Shown here piece by piece: positions 1 to 10,445 of a DNA stretch of 64,000 nt. The stretch covers positions 41,602,001-41,666,000 of the forward strand of contig NC_135659.1 in assembly GCF_964188315.1 (NCBI RefSeq). The letters are read 5' to 3'. The stretch's first letter is position 1. Every line of letters starts with the position of its first letter. Below the pieces are notes generated by a model. That model did not search any database. It saw only the letters and a program-made list of their open reading frames with translations, and was not told the DNA's origin. The translations under genes were made by a program, and so were the position numbers. The stretch comes from Podarcis muralis (lineage: Eukaryota).

Positions 1-160
1 TAGCGGCTTTAAGAAAAAGGAAACAAACTCGCAAGACGTTTCGTCTTGCGAAGCAAGCCCATAGGGAAATTCGTCTTGCGGAACGACTCAAAAAACGGAA
101 AACCCTTTCGTCTAGCGAGTTTTTCGTCTTGTGAGGCATTCGTCTTGCGGGGCACCACTG
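1..160 (+). mobile_element. Right part of a Tigger/pogo-type non-autonomous DNA transposon (MITE), cut by the window edge
   Basis: Ends GGCACCACTG followed by TA; repeated CGTCTTGCG subterminal motifs; bases ~10-80 match 51070-51144. Confidence 0.75.
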
Positions 161-559
161 TAGATCAAGTTGGTACGGCAGTGACCTGCAAGCTATGAAA
201 TGGGAATGTTGACGGCTAGATTAAGTGGCTTAAGGCCTGGCCAGGAGAGCATTGCTCCGATGCCCTCACAGGCCTGCTATAACAACTTGATACAATATTG
301 TTTTTAATCTTGTGTTTTAATGCTATAACCCACCCTGGGACCTTAGTGTTAAGTGCGGGTAACAAGTAAAAAAAATAACAACTTAGCAAGGGACAAAATT
401 GCTAAGAATCAACAGTCCTTAGCCCATGCTCCCAAATGATACTCATTTTTAAGCGTTTGTTCCAGGAAAAATGTCATCTGGGATGTATCTTTTCTCTTCT
501 AAGATAAAGTTAGGCTTCTGTGCATTGGTGCAATATTGACTCTGCTCCAGTATTCCTCC

Positions 560-2515
560 AGCTTTTTGCAAGTGAATTTTATTTCAAATCTTTGGAAGTC
601 GTAAAACATTTTATTTTACTGCCATACATAAATGAACTATATGTTTTGTTACCTCCCGCCCATATCACAGAAATCAGCATTATTAAACAAACCAAAAGCC
701 CATATACTAAAAAAAAGCATAATGCAGGCTTCATTAAAAGAATTGAGGCACAATCCATTGGGAGGCTTTCCTGCCTTAAGCCCTGCCCACACCATGTTCA
801 GACAGTTCCCATTCATCTCAACGGGGCTCAAAGCAAGGAGAACTTCCTAGCAGATTGTGCCTTTTTATCTTCTACATATAGCACTTACTTCCCTACCAGC
901 TCAGTTGCAGGTTGCAATGCAGTTTTTGGCAGTACTATATGTGGCACACAGAAGAGTGCAAATTACAAGCAGCAATCATGTGATCTCTGCCTTGAGCAAC
1001 AGGGAGTGCAAAATATCTCAGTTATAGAAGCTCATCATTCTTTATATCAGAAACATATGAATAAAAGGGCAAAAGCTGGGGTGAAATTCAAAAGAATGGT
1101 TGGGAACTGTCAAATTACACATTTTTGGTCAAAACTAAACTAGAATGATCAACAGATTTTGGTCACAATCCTTAAACAAGTCTAAAATGCTTTTTCAAGT
1201 TTAATTATGGGTGTGCAGTGTGAACTTCAGCATATGTTATCAAACAGAATGCCTCCAGCCTTTAAAGTGTTCTTCAGTTTTCTTCCTGGGACATCTTCTT
1301 AGCATTTCTTAGAAATATTACTAGCATTAATCTGCACACTGATGTGTAGAAATCCTTTAAAATCTTCTTCCAGGCACTATTCAAGGAACACCCATGAAAG
1401 TATTCCAGTAGCTTAAAGCACTTTGTGATTAGCTATATCCAAACATAGCACATAAAACAAAGACAATAATCTTAACGAGACAAAACCACCTTTTCTTTGA
1501 TTACTGTGTCACCTTTGACGAATTTAGCACATATACAATCAACATGAATGTTATTGCATTCTAATTGTATCATACAGTTTACATACATTCTACAGAAATT
1601 GCAGGCTTTAGATAGAAAATTGTCACTTTGTTTACTGACGACAATGACATTGTACTACATAAATTTAAACTTGAGCCACCAGGTTTATTTTGCTATATTG
1701 TCATTATAAATAATGCGTAGCCCTATTTCAAGTTAAGGTGCTTCCTTCTGCCTCTGTGCAATTAAGCTTTATACTGTACAAACCATCCCTATCACTGAAC
1801 CAGCTCCCTCGAGACAGCCCCTTCAAAAGGCTCATGCCAATCCATCTCAAGAATTTTTGGGAGCCAGCCTTTAAAACAATGGCACACACAAACTAAGGAG
1901 AGGCTGAAATTGACTTGTCATGATTGCCACTAACTTACAAATATCTATCCAGAGAGATTAGACAGGGAGCGTTGACATTTCATGATTAGAACACAGTTTA
2001 CAATTAATTTCCCATGGGAGAATCTGATATTTCATCATTTAGAACAGCAGTAATTGAATTACATTTTTAATGTTTTCTGGAATGGCTGGGGGGGAAAAGA
2101 ACGAATGTAAGTAAACCATGAATGAGATGAAAAGCCACTCTGTAGTTATCTCTGTGCATGAGATGGGATCCAACAATAAGCTAATTTCTTTCTTGTGTAG
2201 AAGCTAATTTTTGTTTCAGTGACTTTACTTCCTATTGGTTGATGGCAGTTCTGGGCAAAGCAGGAGCCAGGAAGCACATTCAAAGGAAACCAGGGATGAA
2301 TGGGGGTGGGTGGGCTTAAGGATTTCACAATTAGTTTCAATGACTAGGCAAAACGAACATCTACAATGGATGTAAACAGCACAGGCGACATGATTAATGG
2401 TGTGCTAAATTTAGACAGACTTGGGTTTTCATCCCACACAGGATTGTTTTATAGCAGCTCTAGCAATGCGCAGAAACAAATTGCATCCAGCCCAGATTGA
2501 ATTTGCAGCAAAATC
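560..2515 (-). other. PATJ: Probable PATJ 3' UTR; candidate AATAAA signals at 1684-1689, 610-615 and 578-583 (minus strand)
   Basis: AT-rich sequence after the stop codon with no recognisable repeat; tttatt hexamers on the + strand. The true cleavage site cannot be determined from sequence. Confidence 0.4.
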
Positions 2516-2662
2516 TCATGACAACACTGTTAGTGTTACAGTCCCTTTCTGGCGCTTCAGAATTGCTACAGCTTGCTCATGAGTCACGCCTTCCAGAGTC
2601 TCTCCATTAACTGCTAAAATCTGATCGCCACGCTTTAGTCTGCTGTCATCTGCAGCTGCTCC
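2516..2662 (-). CDS. PATJ: PATJ last coding exon (GAAADDSRLKRGDQILAVNGETLEGVTHEQAVAILKRQKGTVTLTVLS-stop); alternative frame reads EEQLQMTAD-stop
   Basis: Acceptor ctgtttttttttcag; TGA at 2516-2518; ORF 2516..2698; alternative-frame TAA at 2635-2637. Confidence 0.96.
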   Translation of the reverse strand, partial: GAAADDSRLKRGDQILAVNGETLEGVTHEQAVAILKRQKGTVTLTVLS

Positions 2663-4895
2663 CTGAAAAAAAAACAGAAATGGCACATCAGAGGCCAAGC
2701 AATTTGAAGGGGCTTAATTAAAGAAGAATAAAAAGAGACATACACAAACCACCCTCATCGGTGACATTCCATTAACATTATTAATGCTTCTTGGAGCATT
2801 TGTGGCCATTAATGCTTCAAACACTTCACAGATGATGACGAAAAGGGGTGGAGAGAAGATTCTGGTCTAGACCAGACTGCCCCCACCGCCAAGATTAGGC
2901 GTGTCAATGGTACTCCCTGCCATTGTTGTTCTTTTTTTGATAAAACCAAACAGAACCAGATCAAATCAACTGAATACTGATTACTGACTGTAATAAAGAG
3001 ATTGAAGAGGAAATCAAGCGCACATGTAGGTGTGTGTGTCCCATATGCCATCAATGGTATAGAGGCACACATTCATTGCTCTAGACCTGGTTGGCTGCCA
3101 ACTGGGCCATGCAATGTTTGGAAATGAGATCTTTCCATAAGGCCTGATGCACTTCTGGGAGCCTCTCACTGTGTGGGCTAGTTCTTGCATATTGCATAAA
3201 TGAGTACCAAGTATCCATAAAGTTGCCCTTTTGAGATTTACACACACACACCGCATCTTGTGCTGCTGAATTAGCTTTCCAGAGATTGCTATTGGCCACA
3301 CAGTGGCTAGCCATCTGCTTTTAGGGAAAGTTGAGGAGAACTTCCTTTGCTGCACTATTACTCAGCAGGCTGCTATTAGCAGAAGCACCACTTTTCAAAA
3401 GATGTGTACTGATAGCCCACATAAGAACTCTGGAAGGAATAAGTCATGCATCATAGGATAAAGATTTGCACACATGGCTTCAAATCACAGGCACACAGCT
3501 TGTTGAAAATGTGAACTGATGATGTAAAATTGTCACACTTTTTTTTTAAAACTAACACAATGCTGGTCAAGTAGGTCAGTGCTGCCAGCTTTGCAAGATG
3601 AGATAACTGATGTATACTATTTGTGTCAGTTGCTGGGTGAATCGTTGAGTTGCTAGGTCACAACAGGTGGCCATGGCAGGACTCCTGTGTTTTTTTGTTT
3701 GTTTTTTAAATTAATGTCTAAACTAAGTACCTGAAGCTGTGCTAACCTGATTGCAAACAGTGTCCCATTTTCTAATACTCCCCTTTGTGGGCATTTTTAT
3801 ATGTTCTCAGCTCTCCAATATTCCAGTCCGTTTATAATTTCTGCACAAAGACATCTTTTTTTTTAAATGTCTGTTTCGCATTTCAGATTCTGCACATTTA
3901 AGCAAAGATTGAAACAAGATATGCACAACGGGCTGTGCATAAAATTTGATGCAACCTTGTTATATAATGCCCAAAACTGTTCAGTTGGGAGTAAGAAACA
4001 TGAAAATACGGAAAATAATGCAATGAACAAAGAATATGATACACCAGATCAACAAAGAGTAAAACACCCAGAAACAGGTACGTGAACACTTATTTGAATA
4101 TTTAAGTGGGAGAGGAACGAAGGATACACCTGATGCCAGAGGTATCATGGTGAACTAGGAGTGACGATAAATGCACGGCTGCAATTAAAATGTATGGCTT
4201 TGAAAAATCAAAATAGCAGCTGTGTAAACTTCTCTCCTGGTAACAGTAGCTCAGGAAGGGATTTGCACTAGTACCAGAGTTAAGCCTCCCTTTCCCATGT
4301 GCTGAGATCTCAATTCTGATCAGCTCCTCCCCACAGCTGCTATTTAAAAAAACTTGACATGCTATCACACATTAATTGTGAATTGGACCTCAGGCTGGTG
4401 CTTTTAAAGGGGCCTTCAGCATCTAACTTAGGAAAATGACTTTTCTTCATTCCAAAAATGAGAGCTTGAGAGCCCAACACCTTTCTGATGTGATAGAAGC
4501 TGAACTTTAAGGATGACTGTAAACACACCTTACATTTCAAGAACCTTTCCTGCTAAGAACTGTACGTTGTTAAGGGTGGGGAGTGGGCTGTAGCTCTGTG
4601 AGAGCTAAACTACGGTTCTCAGGACTCTTGGAGGAGGGTATGTGCTTTAAATGTATGGTGTGTACACAGCTGATGACATCCATTCACCTAGTCAATAGAC
4701 AACTTTTAAAAAATTTTAGCAACAGCCTGCTGGGGGTGTAGTTCCGATTTTCCAAGATATGGAAACTCACAGACTGCCCCCCACTTTCCCCAATCAAAGA
4801 GTGGCTTTGATCAAATTAAAATGAAATTAGTTGTTACAAATGTATTTTGAAGCAGCGAAGATACATGCATAGGTTCATCTTTTCTTGTCGATTAC

Positions 4896-5019
4896 CTTTG
4901 CAAAAATGGTCTTGACATAAATAGGGAGGTCTCCATGGGGACTTCCATAGCCCCCTACAATACTAAATCCCAATCCATCTGAGCCTTTCTCCAACACAAT
5001 AATCTTAGGCTGAGGTGAT
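4896..5019 (-). CDS. PATJ: PATJ penultimate exon, probably a cassette; first half of PDZ11 (SPQPKIIVLEKGSDGLGFSIVGGYGSPHGDLPIYVKTIFAK)
   Basis: Acceptor gtgttttccag, donor AAG|gtaatc; 124 nt, phase 2 to 0. Confidence 0.94.
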
Positions 5020-5561
5020 CTGGAAAACACAGCAAATGCCACTTAAAACAGAGCTTATTTAATAAGTGGAAAGGTAACCTAATTGAAACGGCTGCACACT
5101 GTCAGATCAATGGTGTGTATTGATCTAGTTGGCAGTAGCTCTACAGGGTATCAGGCAGAAGAGCCTTTCCAAGCACTGATATTGGAAAGGCCAAGGTCTG
5201 AAATTCAGATCTTGTGTACACAAAGGATATGCTCCACCACTGAGCTACTGGGCTTTCTCACGAATTAGCTATGTGAGATTAGTGCTGGCTCTAGGTTTTT
5301 GAAGGACCTTTGTAAATATGTCCTCAGTGAGACGCCTCCTTCTCACTGATGGCAATACTGTCCAATCCTTTGCACTACACTTTCCCTCTGGGCCTAATCC
5401 TCTCAACTTCCCAAAGTTGCACTCTAACTAAGGCATGTGAAGGATACTGGTCTATCTCCTCAGTCTTCTCACTGCTTACATGCTGAGAGGGGGCAAATAA
5501 ACAGACAATGACATCAAGGAGGCTGAGGAGGTTGACACTGGGTTCCTTGCTGGAGAAAATA

Positions 5562-5602
<41 letters not shown>

Positions 5603-5640
5603 GAAGAAGAAGAAGAAGAAGAAGAAGAATTAATAATAAT
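5562..5640 (+). repeat. Compound microsatellite (AAT)13(AAG)9, the tail of a minus-strand LINE 3' end
   Basis: Read directly; adjoins TTATACCCCACCCATCT. Confidence 0.9.
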
Positions 5641-7415
5641 TTATACCCCACCCATCTTGCTGAGTTTCCCTCAGGAAATATGGGCCTCAGGAAGTGCCCA
5701 ATGATGGCCCTGTGTTGACCTATAATAGAGCTGTTAAGGTTTCCTCCACCTCTGACTCTATATGCTTTTGTCAGCAGCATAAGAGGTAGGCATTGGCCAG
5801 TTGAACTTTTTCTCATCAGTGAAAACTAGAAAATGTTTAACTGCTGATGTTTTTAGCTGTTCACAGAGGAGAACCATGGCATGAAGAAAGCTCACAAAAA
5901 GTTGGCAACACTAGGATAGCAGGAGTGCATAAGTGATTTGCTTTGCTTGATGCATGTACTTTTCAAAACAATTATATCTAGCAGAAACCTGTGCTCTGCT
6001 TACAGCAGGCAAGGACTAACCTATAGATTGTTGAATGGTATTGAAGTGAATTGCTACTCAGAAGATCCAGGCTGGAAGGAAAGTGGTTGTATGAAAGATG
6101 TTTGTGGCCCTGTGATTCCACAGTATATGTATTTTAAAATGAAGCTCACTATCTAAGAAGTGAAGCTACTAATGATGGCAGCTACAGATGAGAGAAGACA
6201 GTCCCAATATTTGTTTAACCACGACCAATGTGGAAGAAAATAATACCAGGGCAGCCCCCTCAGCAAACCGCAAGTTTTGAGATGTGCATCTGACTTGCAA
6301 TGGAACCAACAGCAGAAATGAGCCCCCCCCCCCTTTAAGGAAATAGATAAAACACCAATTGCTGAGTTGGAATGTTTACAAGAAGACTGGGGAGTCATTT
6401 GATAAGAAATAACCCAGCACCATTCAATGAAACAGATGCAAAGAGTAATCTGAACTTGAGTTTTGGTGACTGGTGTTATCATGAATCAAAGGGGAGAAAA
6501 GACTAAAAGTAAAGCCAAAGAGAAACTTTATGGAGCATGCATCTAGAAGCTTTTTCAGGAAGAGTGGGCAAAGCTGTTCTTCATTTTATTTCTCTAAGGG
6601 CAGATCATCTGGAATTGTAGTTGTCATAACTCAGCTCAAGCGAAAATGTAGCCAGATAGGAGCAGAATCAACATGACAACACATCAGTGGAGGAAACTCA
6701 GGAGGATTGGTTGTCACAAGTCAATCAGAATAATAATAATAATAAAACCCTCCAAATCTTCTGGCAGCCTAGAAGATTCACATTTGCATATTTTTGTGTT
6801 ATTAGCAATTATATTCAAGACTAGCAGCTGAAAACAAAAATGTTTACATAATCTATCAAGGGAAGAGGCTGAGGACAGCCAAGCATTTCAACAGGTGCTC
6901 TTGAACAACAAAAGCATATCTAACCCTTGTTCCTAAAATAATAGAGATGGGATGTATCATTGGGTCTACTGACATACAGGCAGGATACTCCCTACCCAAG
7001 TTCTAAAAAGAGCAGCGACCCTACCCAAAGTCTATACTAAGAAAAGGAGCATGGTACAACCCATACCATGTAGGAAATTGCATAGTTGCTTATATGCCTA
7101 ATTTATAGGGCTTCTTTTAGTCATGAAGAAGGGCAAGAAGCAAGGTAGGAGACTGAGGTCCACCCCTCCTTGCAATGCCACTGAAAACCCCACTGATTTT
7201 CTCTTTCTCTTGCTGATATACTCCTCCCCTCCACTCCTTTCACAAGGTCTAGAGATCACATGTTGTATGAAAAATTCTTCATTGTGCAATACTTATTCAG
7301 AATCACTGGATAAATACAACCCTGACATTATTCAGACTGAAAGATGTCACAAGGAAGCAGCAAAAGTAAGATGCATAAGGCAAGAGGTACATTAAGGAAA
7401 AAGACTCCCTAAGTA

Positions 7416-7488
7416 GAATAGAATAGAATAGAATAGAATAGAATAGATAATTTATTACGGTCGGAGACCAGCTTATAAAACACAATTG
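7416..7488 (-). mobile_element. 73-bp severely 5'-truncated retroposon with a (CTATT)n tail
   Basis: Perfect 13-bp TSD gactccctaagta at 7403-7415 and 7489-7501; minus strand GGTCTCCGACCGTAATAAATTATCTATTCTATTC... Confidence 0.75.
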
Positions 7489-8196
7489 GACTCCCTAAGT
7501 ATTTCAATCAAATGGACAAGGTGGCATTTTACAAGGAAAACTCCAGTGCATTTGTGGATCTTGACTACAGAGAAAAGAATCATCTGCCCTTGGTATGACA
7601 ATCTATTAGATTTATGCATGAAGACTGATACTGTACATGTCTATTCAAATGTAAGCCCCACTAAGTTTGATTACTTCCAAGTAAGATGGTATAGATTGTA
7701 GCATAAATCTTTCATCCCACCGAATTTGGAAAATCTCACAATGTGTACAGTATTAAGCTATAATCCACCCCCCCCTACAATCCATTTATATGCATCTCCA
7801 TTATTTCAGACAACATGGGGGAAAACCAAGATTTAGACACCAACACCTCAAATACTTTCTGATTCTCAACATACCATAACGAAATCACCCCAGCTAAACC
7901 ATTCAACCAGTTTCACTAGCAGCCATACCATCTGCTGCACCTAACTAATGGCAATTTTTGACAACAGCATGGAATTCAAAATTTTGGAGTTATGGAAGCT
8001 CAAATTGTTATGGCAACTTAAAAGCCTTTTAGCTATAGAAAGCAAGGGACAAATTATAATGCATGCTCAAAGTCCAAAGTAATTTGTTAAAACTGATCGC
8101 AAATCCAAATATCAATGCCGTTAAACTCAGCATTCTCAACTTCTTCAGGGCAGTGTTTTGCTTCCTCTAGAAAATTTAAGTATCAGCACAACTTAC

Positions 8197-8300
8197 TCTG
8201 GGTCTTCAGGATGGTTTTCTGTAGGTGGGCTAAAATTAGTGCTAGCAGTCATGCTCTCTAGCTGGCTGGCGATGGCACTGATGTTGGTGTCAGCTACAAC
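8197..8300 (-). CDS. PATJ: PATJ exon ([35 protein letters not shown])
   Basis: Acceptor tgtcttgcag, donor GA|gtaagt; 104 nt, phase 0 to 2. Confidence 0.94.
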
Positions 8301-9470
8301 CTGCAAGACAAAGTGAAAGTGACAAATCTAAACATATATATTAGCTAGCATATTATCAAGCAGCAAATTCTGTATTCTTAGAAAGCCACTTTTCCTAATT
8401 AAAAGGGAACTTTAACTGATGAGTGAATTGTGGAAGCACTCAAGACTGTAGCATTGTTAAAGCTAAGTGGATAAAGACATCATTTGTGCCTAGAGAGAAG
8501 GCTAATGAAAGCCATTTATATAACCTGGGACTCAGCTACATTAGTAAAGAAAAAGTGTTTTATATGTGTTATAACACTGTGACACCAGATGGCGCTGTGG
8601 AGTCCCACCTTTAGCCAACGTGATTTCCCATTATGAAGTTTACAACATGTTTTCCAGAAACACTTTTTGTTGTGTCTCGATTTAGCCCTATTCAGCTTTT
8701 CAAAAGAAAAGACGGTATGTTTGCCCAGAAGTAAATCCCCCAAGTTAAATGAGATTTACTTCCAGTTAAGCATATGCACACACGTATGATGCTTATTTTT
8801 TTCTAGACTTGGAAGGCAAGTAGATGAACATATTAAACTCCTACCCCTTTTGCCTTACCTGTATCCATTGCAAGAATGAATTAAGCTTTTTGCACATGCT
8901 ATTTTGGGACACAAAAATTAGCAAATCAAGAAGGGGCTCAATAATGCTTACCTCGAAGAAGAGGAACAGCATTAGAAAATTATCTAACTACAGGGAGCTG
9001 GGTGTCAAATGATCATTCCTACAGGAGATCGTCTTGGCCAAAAGTCCTCTGTGGGGGTTTTCTTTGCCTCCCCTCCAAATTTTACTCTTTTGCATCTGTG
9101 TTGTTTTGCTGAAGGCTGCTTCCATGAAAACTTGGATTGGTTTGGCCATAAATGGAGCTACTTACCAACTGGGGAGTAATAGGTCGGTTCATTTATAAGA
9201 TGAACCAATGCAAGAATGGTGAAACATGCCCATCTCTAAAAGAAGTCTTTTCACCCAATTACCGTATTTTTCGCACCATAGGACGCACTTTTTCCCTCCC
9301 AAAAAGCAAGGGAAAATGTGTGTGCGTCCTATGGAGCGAATGCAGGCTTTCGCTGAAGCCTGGAGAGTGAGAGGGGTCGGTGCGCACCGACCCCTCTCGC
9401 TCTCCAGGCTTCAGGAAGCTATCCGCTAGCCGTGGGAGACCCAGCTCTCCCACGGCTAGCGGACCGCTGC

Positions 9471-10001
9471 GCTAATCCAGAAGCTTGGGGCGTGCGGAGC
9501 ACAGCGCGCCCCAAGCTTCTGGGTGCCGGCAAGGTCTCGCTAGCCCTGGGAGAGCCCCGCGACGTTGCATGGCTCTCCCAGGGCTAGCGAAGCGCCGCGC
9601 TAATCCCGAAGCTTGGGGCGCGTGGAGCTCAGCGCGCCCCAAGCTTCTGGGTGCCGGCAAGGTCTCGCTAGCCCTGGGAGAGCCCCGCGACGTTGCGTGG
9701 CTCTCCCAGGGCTAGCGAAGCGCCGCGCTAATCCCGAAGCTTGGGGCGCGTGGAGCTCAGCGCGCCCCAAGCTTCTGGGTGCCGGCAAGGTCTCGCTAGC
9801 CCTGGGAGAGCCCCGCGACGTTGCGTGGCTCTCCCAGGGCTAGCGAAGCGCCGCGCTAATCCCGAAGCTTGGGGCGCGCGGAGCTCAGCGCGCCCCAAGC
9901 TTCTGGGTGCCGGCAAGGTCTCGCTAGCCCTGGGAGAGCCCCGCGACGTTGCGTGGCTCTCCCAGGGCTAGCGAAGCGCCGCGCTAATCCCGAAGCTTGG
10001 G
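9471..10001 (+). repeat. 128-bp GC-rich minisatellite, 4 full units plus a partial unit
   Basis: GCTAATCC recurs at 9471, 9599, 9727, 9855 and 9983; the ORF track repeats with a 128-bp offset. Confidence 0.95.
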
Positions 10002-10082
10002 GCTTCGGGATTAGCGCTCCGCTCAGCCTGCTTCCCGGAGCGCCAGGCGCCCTGAAAGCAGAGCTCCAGGCGCTTCGGGAAC

Positions 10083-10445
10083 ACATCCGCAGCATGGGGA
10101 GCCTTGCAGGAATTCCCCACAGGGCTCCCCACGCTGCGGATAGCAGCCTGCTGCCTGGCGGGTGGGGCGCCCTGAAGCAGAGCGCCCCTCGCGCCAGGCA
10201 GACATCCGCAGAGTGGGGAGGCTTGCAGGAGTTCCCGACAAGGCTCCCCACGCTGCGGATAGCAGCCTGCTGCCTGGCGGGTGGGGCGCCCTGAAGCAGA
10301 GCGCCCCTCGCGCCAGGCATACATCCGCAGAGTGGGGAACCTTGCAGGAGTTCCCCACAGGGCTCCCCACGCTGCGGATAGCAGCCTGCTGCCTGGCGGG
10401 TGGGGCGCCCTGAAGCAGAGCTCCCCGCCCGCCAGACAGACATCG
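10083..10445 (+). repeat. 119-bp GC-rich minisatellite, 3 units
   Basis: ACATCCGCAG at 10083, 10202 and 10321; ACATCGG at 10440. Confidence 0.92.

Noticed and set aside
520-1143. 207-aa + strand ORF
   Set aside because: Starts at GTG, has no recognisable domain, and is antisense to the likely PATJ 3' UTR.
5514-5816. ORF with poly-Leu/poly-Ile runs
   Set aside because: It is the translation of the (AAT)n(AAG)n microsatellite.
9471-10445. CRISPR-like array (regular spacing, palindromic units)
   Set aside because: The units are full tandem copies with no unique spacers, lie inside a TIR-bounded MITE in a vertebrate intron, and there are no cas genes.
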